A stretch of 43,008 bases of DNA from Oscillospiraceae bacterium (GTDB taxonomy: Bacteria; Bacillota; Clostridia; Peptostreptococcales; Anaerovoracaceae). Each line of letters starts with the position of its first letter. Position 1 is the stretch's first letter. Under the pieces are notes generated by a model that was not told the DNA's origin, did no database searches, and was given only the letters and a program-made list of their open reading frames with translations. The translations under genes and the position numbers were made by a program. Shown here piece after piece: positions 17,284-26,448 of the stretch. Location: assembly GCA_963630135.1 (NCBI GenBank), contig CAVGMK010000111.1:1-43008 (forward strand). Reading direction: 5' to 3'.

Positions 17284-18330
17284 ATGAGAAAATTCGATTA
17301 CACATTTCTGAATAACGGTTTGCTGCCTGCAAACCTTGTGAACCTCACTTCCAATATTGCGGCGCTCAAAACGATGGCTGGTGTGCGCAAAGACGAATAT
17401 ACGCAGATTTTTACGGCGCTGGAAGCTGTCGCAAAGGTGCAGTCCATCAAGAGTTCCAATGCCATTGAGGGCATTGTGACCAGCGATGAGCGTATCGCAG
17501 CCATTGTCAATCAGAACAGCGCCCCGCTGAACCACAACGAGGCGGAAATCGCTGGGTACAGAGATGCACTGAATGAGATTCATTTGGGCTATGAACATAT
17601 GGACTTCCGGCAGAGCGATATTCTGCGGTTGCACGAAATGATGATGAGCTTTGCGGGCTACGAGTACGGCGGGCAGTACAAGACGGACGACAATGTGATT
17701 CTGGAAATTGACGCAGACGGAAATCGTCGTGTTCGTTTCCGCCCTATGCCTGCAAGCGAAACCCCGGATGCAATGGAGCAGTTGGAACTTGCCTATCTGG
17801 ATGCCAGAAGTGATGCGAATATCAATCAGCTTCTCTTGATTCCTTGCGTTATTCTGGATTTTCTCTGCATCCACCCGTTCCGGGATGGCAACGGCAGAAT
17901 GTCCCGCCTGCTCTCGTTGTTGCTGTTGTACAAAAACGGCTTTGACGCCGGTAAATATATGTCCTTTGAGGAGCAAATCAACAACTATAAGGCATATTAT
18001 TACGAGGCTCTGCGGCAGTCCTCGGAAGGATGGGAAACGAATGAGAACTCTTATTTCCCATTTATTGAGAACTTCCTCTCCACCCTCTATATGTGCTATA
18101 AGGAACTGGATAAGCGGTTTGCAGTGGTACATGGCAAGAAGATCACGAAGAAGGTCCGTGTGGAGGCAACCGTTCTGAACAGCTTGGCCCCGCTATCCAA
18201 AGCAGAAATTTGCAGGATTCTCCCCGACATCAGCCCTACGACTGTCGAGGCTGTCCTCGGTGCAATGGTTAAGACCGGTTCGGTGAAGCGAATCGGCGCA
18301 GGACGGGCGACGAGATATATTAGAGCGTAA
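17284..18330 (+). CDS. Fic family protein with C-terminal wHTH
   Basis: SSNAIEG, intact HPFRDGNGRMSR motif, C-terminal SKAEI...ISPTTVE...L...G...RIG.GR.TRY wHTH. Confidence 0.93.
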   Translation: MRKFDYTFLNNGLLPANLVNLTSNIAALKTMAGVRKDEYTQIFTALEAVAKVQSIKSSNAIEGIVTSDERIAAIVNQNSAPLNHNEAEIAGYRDALNEIHLGYEHMDFRQSDILRLHEMMMSFAGYEYGGQYKTDDNVILEIDADGNRRVRFRPMPASETPDAMEQLELAYLDARSDANINQLLLIPCVILDFLCIHPFRDGNGRMSRLLSLLLLYKNGFDAGKYMSFEEQINNYKAYYYEALRQSSEGWETNENSYFPFIENFLSTLYMCYKELDKRFAVVHGKKITKKVRVEATVLNSLAPLSKAEICRILPDISPTTVEAVLGAMVKTGSVKRIGAGRATRYIRA

Positions 18331-18416
18331 TCTCAGTCCTTACCGTTGGTCATTACCATGATTTGTGTCCCGTAAAATATATAGTTTTCGAGACAACGCG
18401 AAGGAGGTGATTTCGC

Positions 18417-18851
18417 GTGAAAAGTAAATACGACGAGATCATGGGACTTCCGCACCACGTCTCCAAGACGCGGCCGCAGATGCCGATGTCGGACCGGGCG
18501 GCGCAGTTCGCGCCATTCGCCGCGCTGACCGGCTACGATGACGCGGTGGAAGAGACCGGCCGCTGGACAGATGACCGAATCGAATTGTCGGAGGGAGAGC
18601 TCGCTGCGCTGAATCGGAAATATCAGGTGCTCAGAGAATACCTCCGGTCGCCCCCGGAGGGGGCGCCGGAGGTTATTTTTGGCTACTTCCAGCCCGATGA
18701 ACGCAAAACCGGCGGGGCCTACCGGACGGTGAGCGGCCGGGTGAAGAAGCTCGACGAATACCGGCGGCGCATCGTGCTGGAGGACGGCACGGTGCTACCG
18801 ATGGCGGATATCACAGATGTCAGCGGGGAGATGTTTGCGTCGCTTGAGTGA
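18417..18851 (+). CDS. YolD-like protein
   Basis: YDEIMGLPHHVS..RPQMPMSDRAAQFAPFAALTGY signature; GTG start after GGAGGTG. Confidence 0.85.
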   Translation: MKSKYDEIMGLPHHVSKTRPQMPMSDRAAQFAPFAALTGYDDAVEETGRWTDDRIELSEGELAALNRKYQVLREYLRSPPEGAPEVIFGYFQPDERKTGGAYRTVSGRVKKLDEYRRRIVLEDGTVLPMADITDVSGEMFASLE

Positions 18852-18899
18852 GGCGCCAAGAGAAATAGAGAACGCCCGGAATATCTTTATCTGCAAATC

Positions 18900-18968
18900 T
18901 TGATTGACCGGCTGAGAATAGGATATAATATATTCCGAAGTTGGGCGCGTGTGCACCGATTTTCGGAA
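18900..18968 (+). promoter_or_regulatory. Promoter and imperfect IR upstream of the AAA-DUF4143 gene
   Basis: TTGATT...TATAAT, then TTCCGAAGTTGG...CCGATTTTCGGAA inverted repeat. Confidence 0.5.
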
Positions 18969-18980
18969 TGGATGGTGTAT

Positions 18981-20234
18981 ATGGAAATTAAAAGAGATCT
19001 CTATCTGAACAAGCTAATCCGCAAACAGAAGAACGGCCTCATAAAGGTAGTGACCGGTATAAGAAGATGCGGAAAGTCCTATCTCCTCTTTCAGCTGTTT
19101 CATGACTATCTGCTGGAGAGCGGCATAGCAGAAGACCATATCATTGAAGTTGCGCTGGATGACCGCAGCAACAAGGCGTTACGCGATCCGGATGCAATGC
19201 TGGAGTTTATCAAAAACAGGATTCAGGATAAAGGCGATTATTACATTATCCTCGACGAGGTGCAGTATCTGAATGAATTCGAGGATGTGCTGAACAGCCT
19301 CCTGCACATTCGCAATGCGGATGTTTATGTAACGGGTAGCAACTCGAAGTTCCTTTCCTCCGATGTAATCACGCAGTTTCGCGGACGGGGCGATGAAATC
19401 CATGTTTACCCGCTTTCCTTTGCGGAATATTGTTCTGCCTATCCGGGAACGCCGGACGAGGCCTGGGATGATTATTTCGTCTACGGCGGTCTTCCGTTAA
19501 TTCTGACCATGGAAGCGCCGGAGGATAAGGCGGGTTACCTGAATTCGCTATTCCAAAAGGTCTATCTTTCGGATATCGTGGAGCGCCACAACGTGCGTAA
19601 TAAGGCTGAGCTGGATGAGCTGGTGGATATCCTTGCGTCTGCTGTCGGGAGTTATACGAATCAAAATAAACTGGTTCGCACATTCAAGAGTATGAAAGGA
19701 AAAGCGCTCAGCGACAAGACAATCAAGAATTATATTGATTATCTGATTGATTCCTTCCTGATCAGCAAAGCCGCTCGGTATGACATTAAAGGAAAGAAGT
19801 ATATCGGTGCACTGTCAAAGTATTACTTTGAAGATATCGGGCTGCGGAATGCACGGCTTGGATTCCGACAGATTGAGCCGACGCACATTATGGAGAACAT
19901 CATCTATAACGAGCTGCGTGTGCGCGGGTATCACGTGGATATCGGCATGGTGGAATATTATGAAACCACAGCTGAAGGCAAACGCGGGAAGAAACAGCTG
20001 GAAGTGGATTTTGTCGCCACCTGTGGGAGCGAAAAATATTACATTCAGTCCGCTTATGCACTTCCAACACAGGATAAGATTGATCAGGAGCAACGAGGTC
20101 TTCTGCGCATTCCGGACTCGTTCAGAAAGATTATCGTCGTGGGAGACAATATCAAGGTTCGACGCGACGAAAATGGAATCGCTACCATTGGCTTGCGCAA
20201 TTTTCTCTTAGATGAGAATAGTCTGAGATTGTAA
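18981..20234 (+). CDS. AAA_14 ATPase + DUF4143 (C-terminal PD-(D/E)xK-like) protein
   Basis: GIRRCGKS, IILDEVQ, VTGSNS, YGGLP, KYYFEDIGLRN, LEVDFV...YYIQS. Confidence 0.9.
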   Translation: MEIKRDLYLNKLIRKQKNGLIKVVTGIRRCGKSYLLFQLFHDYLLESGIAEDHIIEVALDDRSNKALRDPDAMLEFIKNRIQDKGDYYIILDEVQYLNEFEDVLNSLLHIRNADVYVTGSNSKFLSSDVITQFRGRGDEIHVYPLSFAEYCSAYPGTPDEAWDDYFVYGGLPLILTMEAPEDKAGYLNSLFQKVYLSDIVERHNVRNKAELDELVDILASAVGSYTNQNKLVRTFKSMKGKALSDKTIKNYIDYLIDSFLISKAARYDIKGKKYIGALSKYYFEDIGLRNARLGFRQIEPTHIMENIIYNELRVRGYHVDIGMVEYYETTAEGKRGKKQLEVDFVATCGSEKYYIQSAYALPTQDKIDQEQRGLLRIPDSFRKIIVVGDNIKVRRDENGIATIGLRNFLLDENSLRL

Positions 20235-20365
20235 GTCAACACTGCAAGATGACAATTCCGGACAAGCCACATAGCCGGAATCAGAAATATATAAGAGGTT
20301 AATTCGATGTAGGTATTTTTGCTAAAAATAAGAAAGGAGAGGGCAGACTTGCCCGAGGGTACGCG

Positions 20366-21388
20366 ATGGAAGACAGGAAAGACGAAATGTTGGCCAATGC
20401 TGAAGAGGAAGTGAAGGACGTCGCATTCGATGTGGAAGGCGCTGAAGCTGCAGAGGAAGCGGTAGCCGAAGGTGCGGAAGCGGCTGTTGATGGCGCGGAA
20501 GCTGCGGCGGAGAATGCGGAGTGCGAATGCGGAGAAGAAGCAAATGACGCCGCTGCAGAGGATGAAGAAGCCGGTGAAGCTGCTGAGGACGCCGATGCGG
20601 AAGACGAAGATGCTGACGAAGATGTAGCCGAGGATTCTGCGGATGAGTCATCCGAACCGGGCGCCGGTTCGCGTTTCATGGGTGCTGCCATGAAAGCGAT
20701 GGGATCCGGAGCGCGGAGCTTGAAGCGTGCTGCCTCGGAAGCGTCTAAGGAGCAGAACTTCAAAGCCAGCGAGCTGGCTTTCATCAAGGATACCGTGCTG
20801 ACGCTGAGCCCGGAGAATTTCGAGAAGCTTCGCGATACGTTGTTCGAAGACTGTCTCCGATTCTGGTTCATTCCGAAGGACGATATCACACCGGAAGTGC
20901 TGGCGGAGAAGCTGTATGATTATTTCTACAATACGCTTGCCGTGACGGGCGCGCCGTTCGACAAGCAGGTGTTCCAGTACATCAAGAGTGTGTCTGACCT
21001 GGTAGACATGCACATCGAGCAGGCGAAAGAGCTGGAGGATGGTACCCAGGAGGAAGCGCCGCGGGCACGCCGCTTCTACGAGAAGGCCCAGGAGATTAAG
21101 GAGAGCCGCTCCGCGTCCACGAATGATATTCTCGAGTTCTCGCGCCTGATGTTCTGTCTCTACGAGGCAACGCTGCGGGACCGCCTCAACAAGATTCAGG
21201 ACTTCGATTACTCCGTGGACGTCATCGACCCGGCCAAAATCCTGGATGCCATGAAGAAGGAGACCGTCGAGGGCATGCTCGGCATGAAGCGCAAGGTCTT
21301 CAACCTCGAAGGCACTTGCACGCAGGACATCAGCACGATGATTATCGCGGCAATCTCGCTGTATAAGATTGCGGAGGATCGGGCGTAG
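20366..21388 (+). CDS. Hypothetical protein, acidic low-complexity N-terminus + helical domain (paralog of next gene)
   Basis: ~95-aa E/A/D-rich N-terminus; shares TVLTL.PENF..LRD, TPEV.AEK.YD.F, FSR.MFCLY, DFDYSV, EGMLG, MIIA...LYKI.EDR with 21429..22190. Confidence 0.8.
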   Translation: MEDRKDEMLANAEEEVKDVAFDVEGAEAAEEAVAEGAEAAVDGAEAAAENAECECGEEANDAAAEDEEAGEAAEDADAEDEDADEDVAEDSADESSEPGAGSRFMGAAMKAMGSGARSLKRAASEASKEQNFKASELAFIKDTVLTLSPENFEKLRDTLFEDCLRFWFIPKDDITPEVLAEKLYDYFYNTLAVTGAPFDKQVFQYIKSVSDLVDMHIEQAKELEDGTQEEAPRARRFYEKAQEIKESRSASTNDILEFSRLMFCLYEATLRDRLNKIQDFDYSVDVIDPAKILDAMKKETVEGMLGMKRKVFNLEGTCTQDISTMIIAAISLYKIAEDRA

Positions 21389-21428
21389 GCAAGAATTAAT
21401 TGAGGATAATGAGGAAAGGGGAGAGCAA

Positions 21429-22190
21429 TTGCTGCTTGGTATGGTGATGGATAAAGATGTTAAGAAGGTAGCTGCGGATGCCGGCGTTAAAGCACAGGAG
21501 AAGCTGGAAGCTGCTGTAGGAGCGGTAAAGAAAGTGAGACCGAAGAAAAAAATTAAGACCAGAAGACAGACGTTCCTGGAGGAGACGGTATTGACGCTTG
21601 GCCCGGAGAATTTTGCAAATCTTCGAGATGCGCTGTTGGAGGGCTGCATCAATGTCCGTTTTATGGAGGACGAAGCTGTTACCCCGGAGGTTATGGCCGA
21701 GAAGATATATGACCACTTCGACAAGACGGTACAGAAGACGGGCCAGACATTCGGCCAGCAACTGATGGATTTTGCGGATAAGATTTCGCTCATTCTAAGT
21801 GGCTATGTTACGCAAAGAATCCCCGGCGAGAACGATAAGGATGAAGGGGAGATTTCCCGTGCGTACAAATATTATCTGAAGGCGACGGCAATTAAGGGAA
21901 AGAAAGAGCTATCGACGGAAGATGTTCTCAGCTTCTCGCGAATTATGTTCTGTCTCTATGCCGAAGCAAGAAAGGGGAAAGCTCACAAAATCCTGGATTT
22001 CGATTACTCCGTGAAGGCTGTTCATCCGGCAGAGCTGATAGAAATGCTTAGGAAAGAACAGACCGAAGGAATGCTTGGTATCTCCCGTCCGGTATTCGAC
22101 TTGGATGACTGGTATGGCATCGATGCCAACTCAATGATTATCGCGATTATCATGTTGTACAAGATTGTGGAAGATAGAGTGGAGGAGTAG
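21429..22190 (+). CDS. Hypothetical protein, paralog of the preceding gene
   Basis: Colinear similarity over ~200 aa to 20366..21388; TTG 21429 after GGGGAG (ATG 21441/21447 are alternatives). Confidence 0.8.
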   Translation: MLLGMVMDKDVKKVAADAGVKAQEKLEAAVGAVKKVRPKKKIKTRRQTFLEETVLTLGPENFANLRDALLEGCINVRFMEDEAVTPEVMAEKIYDHFDKTVQKTGQTFGQQLMDFADKISLILSGYVTQRIPGENDKDEGEISRAYKYYLKATAIKGKKELSTEDVLSFSRIMFCLYAEARKGKAHKILDFDYSVKAVHPAELIEMLRKEQTEGMLGISRPVFDLDDWYGIDANSMIIAIIMLYKIVEDRVEE

Positions 22191-22194
22191 AGCT

Positions 22195-23214
22195 GTGGCG
22201 AAAGATGTAATTGCCAAGGTGCTGGAAGAATTAGAAAAATACCAGAACGACAAAGGTGTAATTGAGATTGTTACACGTTACAAAGATGGGAAGAAAAAAG
22301 GGGCATATCAAGAATTTATTAACGTCTCCATCGGTGACTTTAAAGAACAGGTACAAGAAGCCCTCGCCCAGACGGATCTGCTCAACCAGAACCTCGCCCA
22401 GGCAGGCAAAATCCTCAAGCTCCAGAATCTGGGCCTCGTCATGAATGGCCTGAACCTCTGCGCAACCTGCGTAGGCTTCGCCATCATGTACAAGAAGCTG
22501 AACGAAATCAGCGAGGAGATTGGCCAGCAGCTCAGCCGCCTGCAGAAACAGATGCAGAAGCAGGCCGGCGTCTGGACCGAATATGAATTCCGTAAGATTG
22601 TCGCGGACTATAGCGATATGCTGGACTGCCGCAGGAAACAGAAACCGTACTCGGAAGAAGCCATGCGCTTGCTGGTGGATCAGGAGTACAACATGCTGCA
22701 GCTGCTGCTGGACGTTCTCAGGAAGGACATCTCGGGCGACCATAGAGCAACGATTGAAGCTATTTTTAGCCTCCTCTCCATGTACACGCAGACGCTGATG
22801 TTCTTCGACGAGACCTATTACTTCAACAACCGCGAGGCCCTTCAGGGTCAGGATGTATGGCACAGCTCGCACATCAAGTGGGAGAGTGTCTTCGACGAGC
22901 TCGCGTCGCCGTGGTTCGAGAAATTCCTGCAGGATTATGCGGTCTTCGAGACTGACCTCGACACGAAGGGTGTGGATGTGTTCTACCTGGCGCTGGAGGA
23001 GCAGGCGGCTGACATGAAGCAGAACCTGCGGAGCAACCAGGAGCTGATTGCGGCGATGGACAGCCCGGATGAGCTGACGGCGGTGAAGACGGCGATTGAT
23101 CAGCAGATTCGAACCGAGCTGGAGGAGAGTGTCCGGGAAGCCTTCGATGGCAATGACGACCCGGAGATGCAGGCCGCACGCGACGAGTTGCTTAAGGCGG
23201 TTGCGACGGCGTAA
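22195..23214 (+). CDS. Hypothetical helical protein with hydrophobic segment and coiled coil
   Basis: GTG start after GGAGGAG; LGLVMNGLNLCATCVGFAIMY hydrophobic stretch followed by heptad-like KKLNEISEEIGQQLSRLQKQMQ. Confidence 0.8.
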   Translation: MAKDVIAKVLEELEKYQNDKGVIEIVTRYKDGKKKGAYQEFINVSIGDFKEQVQEALAQTDLLNQNLAQAGKILKLQNLGLVMNGLNLCATCVGFAIMYKKLNEISEEIGQQLSRLQKQMQKQAGVWTEYEFRKIVADYSDMLDCRRKQKPYSEEAMRLLVDQEYNMLQLLLDVLRKDISGDHRATIEAIFSLLSMYTQTLMFFDETYYFNNREALQGQDVWHSSHIKWESVFDELASPWFEKFLQDYAVFETDLDTKGVDVFYLALEEQAADMKQNLRSNQELIAAMDSPDELTAVKTAIDQQIRTELEESVREAFDGNDDPEMQAARDELLKAVATA

Positions 23215-23228
23215 CAGGGGGCAATATC

Positions 23229-24818
23229 ATGGATCTCGAAGTGAAAAGCCAATTGGACTCCCTGCTCCTTGCTACACGCTCGCTGGCGCCTACATCTTCT
23301 GACGACGGCCAAAAGCAAGTTTGCCAAGCCTTGGTTTCCGACCTCACGGATTTCATTCGGTTCATCTCCAAAGACGATGCCGTTCAGCGAACTTCTTGGT
23401 TCTGCGAAATGTATCTGCCGACGGATCTGTCGGAATCGCTGAAGAAGATGGATTTCGGCAATCTGGCTAATCTGGCGAAACCGGTGAATCAGGTAGAGTT
23501 GGTAGAACGAACAACATCCTCGAATCAGAAGGCGAAGGTCGAGTCCACGGATAACGGGCATCTTTCGGCAATCCCGGAGACGTTGCGCCTCCTAGTGAAT
23601 GCTGATAAGCGCAATCTCCCTATTGGGCGTAGTAGCTTATCGAAGCAATATATTTCGCTCTTGGAAGAAATGGGGAAGTCCTATTGTTTCAGCAAATACG
23701 ATAAGAGCAAGATTGACATTCAGCGCCTGACGGAGTATATCCAGACGATGAGTTGTTACGCTACAGAAAGTCTGAAAGAGGAGATGCCGAGTGCCACGAG
23801 GAATCAGAGCAGGAAAAGCTCGGAATCCGATTCGGAGAATGGGAAAATAATCCATATTTCTTCTGCAAGCAATTCGGCAGCAGACAGCTCGAAGATATCG
23901 AAATCGGGAAGCGCGGAAGCGACTACAGAATCAGATAACCAGGCGGAATCCGTAGAACCGGAGGAAACCCTGGAAGAATTGATGGAGAAGCTGAATAGCC
24001 TTACTGGCCTTGCCGGCGTGAAGAAAGAAATCTCGGATCTGATGAATCTCATCCGCATTAATAACATCCGGAAGGAACGGAATATTCCGACTGCGGATGT
24101 CTCGAAACACCTGGTATTTCTGGGAAATCCGGGGACGGGTAAAACCACCGTGGCCAGATTGGTTTCCAAGATATATAAACAACTGGGTGTCTTAGAGAAG
24201 GGGCATCTGGTGGAAGTGAGCCGTACGAATCTGGTTGCCGGTTATGTCGGTCAGACGGCACAGAAGACGCAGGAGAAAATCGATGAAGCCATGGGTGGCG
24301 TTCTTTTCATCGACGAGGCGTATACGCTGAACAAGGAGGGGAATGACTTCGGACAGGAAGCTATCGATACCCTGCTTAAAGAGATGGAGGACAAACGGAA
24401 TCAGTTCGTCGTCATTGTTGCGGGCTACCCGAAGCCAATGGCGGATTTCCTGAATTCCAATCCGGGATTGGAATCCCGATTCAATCAGAAAATTACTTTT
24501 GACGACTATAATGCAGAAGAACTCCGCTCTATCTTTGATTCCATGTGTGAGTCCCAGGGGCAGATGCTGTCGGATGACGCCTCGCAGTTCGTGGACGAAT
24601 ATTTGCAGGCGCTGTGTGCAAACAAACCGGAGAATTTCGCCAATGGACGTGAGATGAGAAATCTCTTCGAGAAGGCCTACCGGAAGCAGGCCAATCGTCT
24701 GGATGCGTTAATCACAGAGCGAGCCGAATCGGGCGCAGAGATTACCAGCGAGGAACTGACGACACTTACGGCGGAGGACTTGGACGTGGTCGGCTTGTAT
24801 ACTGGTAGCGATTTCTGA
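23229..24818 (+). CDS. SpoVK/CbbX/EccA-type AAA+ ATPase with uncharacterised N-terminal domain
   Basis: LTGLAGVKKEI, HLVFLGNPGTGKTTVAR, LVAGYVGQTA, VLFIDEAY, NPGLESRF, FANGREMRN. Confidence 0.9.
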   Translation: MDLEVKSQLDSLLLATRSLAPTSSDDGQKQVCQALVSDLTDFIRFISKDDAVQRTSWFCEMYLPTDLSESLKKMDFGNLANLAKPVNQVELVERTTSSNQKAKVESTDNGHLSAIPETLRLLVNADKRNLPIGRSSLSKQYISLLEEMGKSYCFSKYDKSKIDIQRLTEYIQTMSCYATESLKEEMPSATRNQSRKSSESDSENGKIIHISSASNSAADSSKISKSGSAEATTESDNQAESVEPEETLEELMEKLNSLTGLAGVKKEISDLMNLIRINNIRKERNIPTADVSKHLVFLGNPGTGKTTVARLVSKIYKQLGVLEKGHLVEVSRTNLVAGYVGQTAQKTQEKIDEAMGGVLFIDEAYTLNKEGNDFGQEAIDTLLKEMEDKRNQFVVIVAGYPKPMADFLNSNPGLESRFNQKITFDDYNAEELRSIFDSMCESQGQMLSDDASQFVDEYLQALCANKPENFANGREMRNLFEKAYRKQANRLDALITERAESGAEITSEELTTLTAEDLDVVGLYTGSDF

Positions 24819-24860
24819 GGCTATACCCTCTGGTGGAAATAAGAATAATGGCACATTTAG

Positions 24861-24894
24861 AAGCCCTGCAATCGCTGAGATTGCAGGGTTTTAT
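24861..24894. terminator. Intrinsic (possibly bidirectional) terminator
   Basis: CCCTGCAATC-gctga-GATTGCAGGG followed by TTTT, between convergent genes. Confidence 0.75.
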
Positions 24895-24914
24895 ATGAGT
24901 ATCCAAAGTTTTCT

Positions 24915-25211
24915 TCATGCGATACGAATTCCTTTCTTCATCACAGATTCGTAGAAAGGAGTTCCCGTATTGACCTCCCGTATTTCAAATACATCAGCAT
25001 TACGACCACTCATTTCACGCAGATCCTCTGCCGGCGCAAAGATATCGTGAGGAATGAAGTCTTTTCCTCCAATTACGATGATATCGATGTCTGACTTAGG
25101 CGAGGCTTCACCGCGCGCATAGGAACCGAAGAGCAGTGCATACTCCGCATGGTAGCGCTTCAGCAGTTCTTTCACGATAATTTTGATTTCATCTGGAGCC
25201 AGCGTGTCCAT
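24915..25211 (-). CDS. Minimal nucleotidyltransferase (MNT/MntA-like antitoxin), no HEPN partner
   Basis: LFGSYARGEASPKSDIDI (GSx10DxD); ATG 25211 after AAAGGAGG. Confidence 0.85.
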   Translation of the reverse strand: MDTLAPDEIKIIVKELLKRYHAEYALLFGSYARGEASPKSDIDIIVIGGKDFIPHDIFAPAEDLREMSGRNADVFEIREVNTGTPFYESVMKKGIRIA

Positions 25212-25397
25212 GGTGATACCTCCTTTCTCTATGTTACTATCATTATATCTGAATGTCTGACATTGAAAAAGCACAACAAATAATCCTCATAATTGACACA
25301 ATATATAGCGGCTATGTGTTGAGGCAAGACGGTATATATTGTATAATGCAAATCGAAGTTAGGGCTTTGACTAGTTGATGCAGGTAGTTAACTGACT

Positions 25398-25940
25398 TCA
25401 ATTTAGTATGATTGAAAGTTTTCGCCCATCAAAATCATTGCCCCAACCATTACGTTCGGTGAATTTTGAAAATGCAACAGAATGATAATCAGGGAGGGAG
25501 ATGTTGTGCTTGAGAAGAATAGATTCGGTTTCACTAATTATTCCTAGGGATTCAGAACCATCGCCGATGATGGTTCCTTCATACACTGACGCCATTTCAA
25601 AAGGTTTGTTTAATATGAAGTTAACTGAATCTTCAGAATCATCTTCTCGGCCTTCTGTGATTCCGTGGTATAGATTTTCTATCTCGGTGTATTCAGAGAG
25701 CGTCATGCCAGAAGAAAGTTCCTTGTCATAGCTATCGTATTGAAACAATACATCTGGAATATAATTGCTATACATTTCTGGCCAATCACTCCAGTTCGTA
25801 GAAGTGGCTGCCCAGAGTTTTTCAGCCAATAAAGTCCAATCTCTATTTGGATAAGCTGATGTGAGATACTTCTCAACACACATGATTACGTAGGCCATGC
25901 GACCATTCATTGAAATAGCATTAAAGCGTGTGTCCATCAT
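25398..25940 (-). CDS. Putative immunity protein for the upstream deaminase toxin
   Basis: 180-aa acidic ORF translationally coupled (ATGA overlap) to the deaminase; function inferred from position only. Confidence 0.6.
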   Translation of the reverse strand: MMDTRFNAISMNGRMAYVIMCVEKYLTSAYPNRDWTLLAEKLWAATSTNWSDWPEMYSNYIPDVLFQYDSYDKELSSGMTLSEYTEIENLYHGITEGREDDSEDSVNFILNKPFEMASVYEGTIIGDGSESLGIISETESILLKHNISLPDYHSVAFSKFTERNGWGNDFDGRKLSIILN

Positions 25941-26446
25941 TGTTTGCCTCCATTTCCCCAGCCGGAATAATTTTCAGAGATTTTTCCCCGAAATGCATAA
26001 GTGCAATTTTCGCATGCTGCTTTATATTTTCCGAACTGTTTTTTTGTTGTATGTATTGTTGTGATGTGTAGATTCTCAAGCTTAGCACCATCGTTTAATG
26101 CACGGTTTATGGCATCTACCTCTGCACAATTTCCTACAGGATATTTATTTAAAGAATGTTTTGGAAGAATGCCAGTATGAGTGGAGTCCCCAAAGAGAAA
26201 CGGATTGCGTACATACCCATCTTCTCGATACCCTGCGTTTCGACCATAATAAAATTTATGAGTTGCTTGGTCAAATGCAACACAGGCAGTATTGAAATTC
26301 TTCCTTGCTTTGCCAGTAAGCTCGTTGAATTGTTGTATTGCCCATTCACGCACAGATATATACATAAATGCTTGGATATCCGTACGGTGTATGTGGGGGT
26401 CGAATCCTGAAGTGCCATCGAAAAGACCGCTTGCTACCTTGCTCAT
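25937..26446 (-). CDS. YwqJ-like putative deaminase toxin with short N-terminal leader
   Basis: GNCAEVDAINRAL...ACENC (CxE...CxxC zinc deaminase motif); ATG 26446 follows GGGAGG (ATG 26452 is an alternative). Confidence 0.8.
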   Translation of the reverse strand: MSKVASGLFDGTSGFDPHIHRTDIQAFMYISVREWAIQQFNELTGKARKNFNTACVAFDQATHKFYYGRNAGYREDGYVRNPFLFGDSTHTGILPKHSLNKYPVGNCAEVDAINRALNDGAKLENLHITTIHTTKKQFGKYKAACENCTYAFRGKISENYSGWGNGGKQ

Positions 26447-26448
26447 AA

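Noticed and set aside
18371..18390. LexA (SOS) box before the YolD-like gene
   Set aside because: The imperfect palindrome CGTAAAATATATAGTTTTCG does not match the Bacillota GAAC-N4-GTTC consensus.
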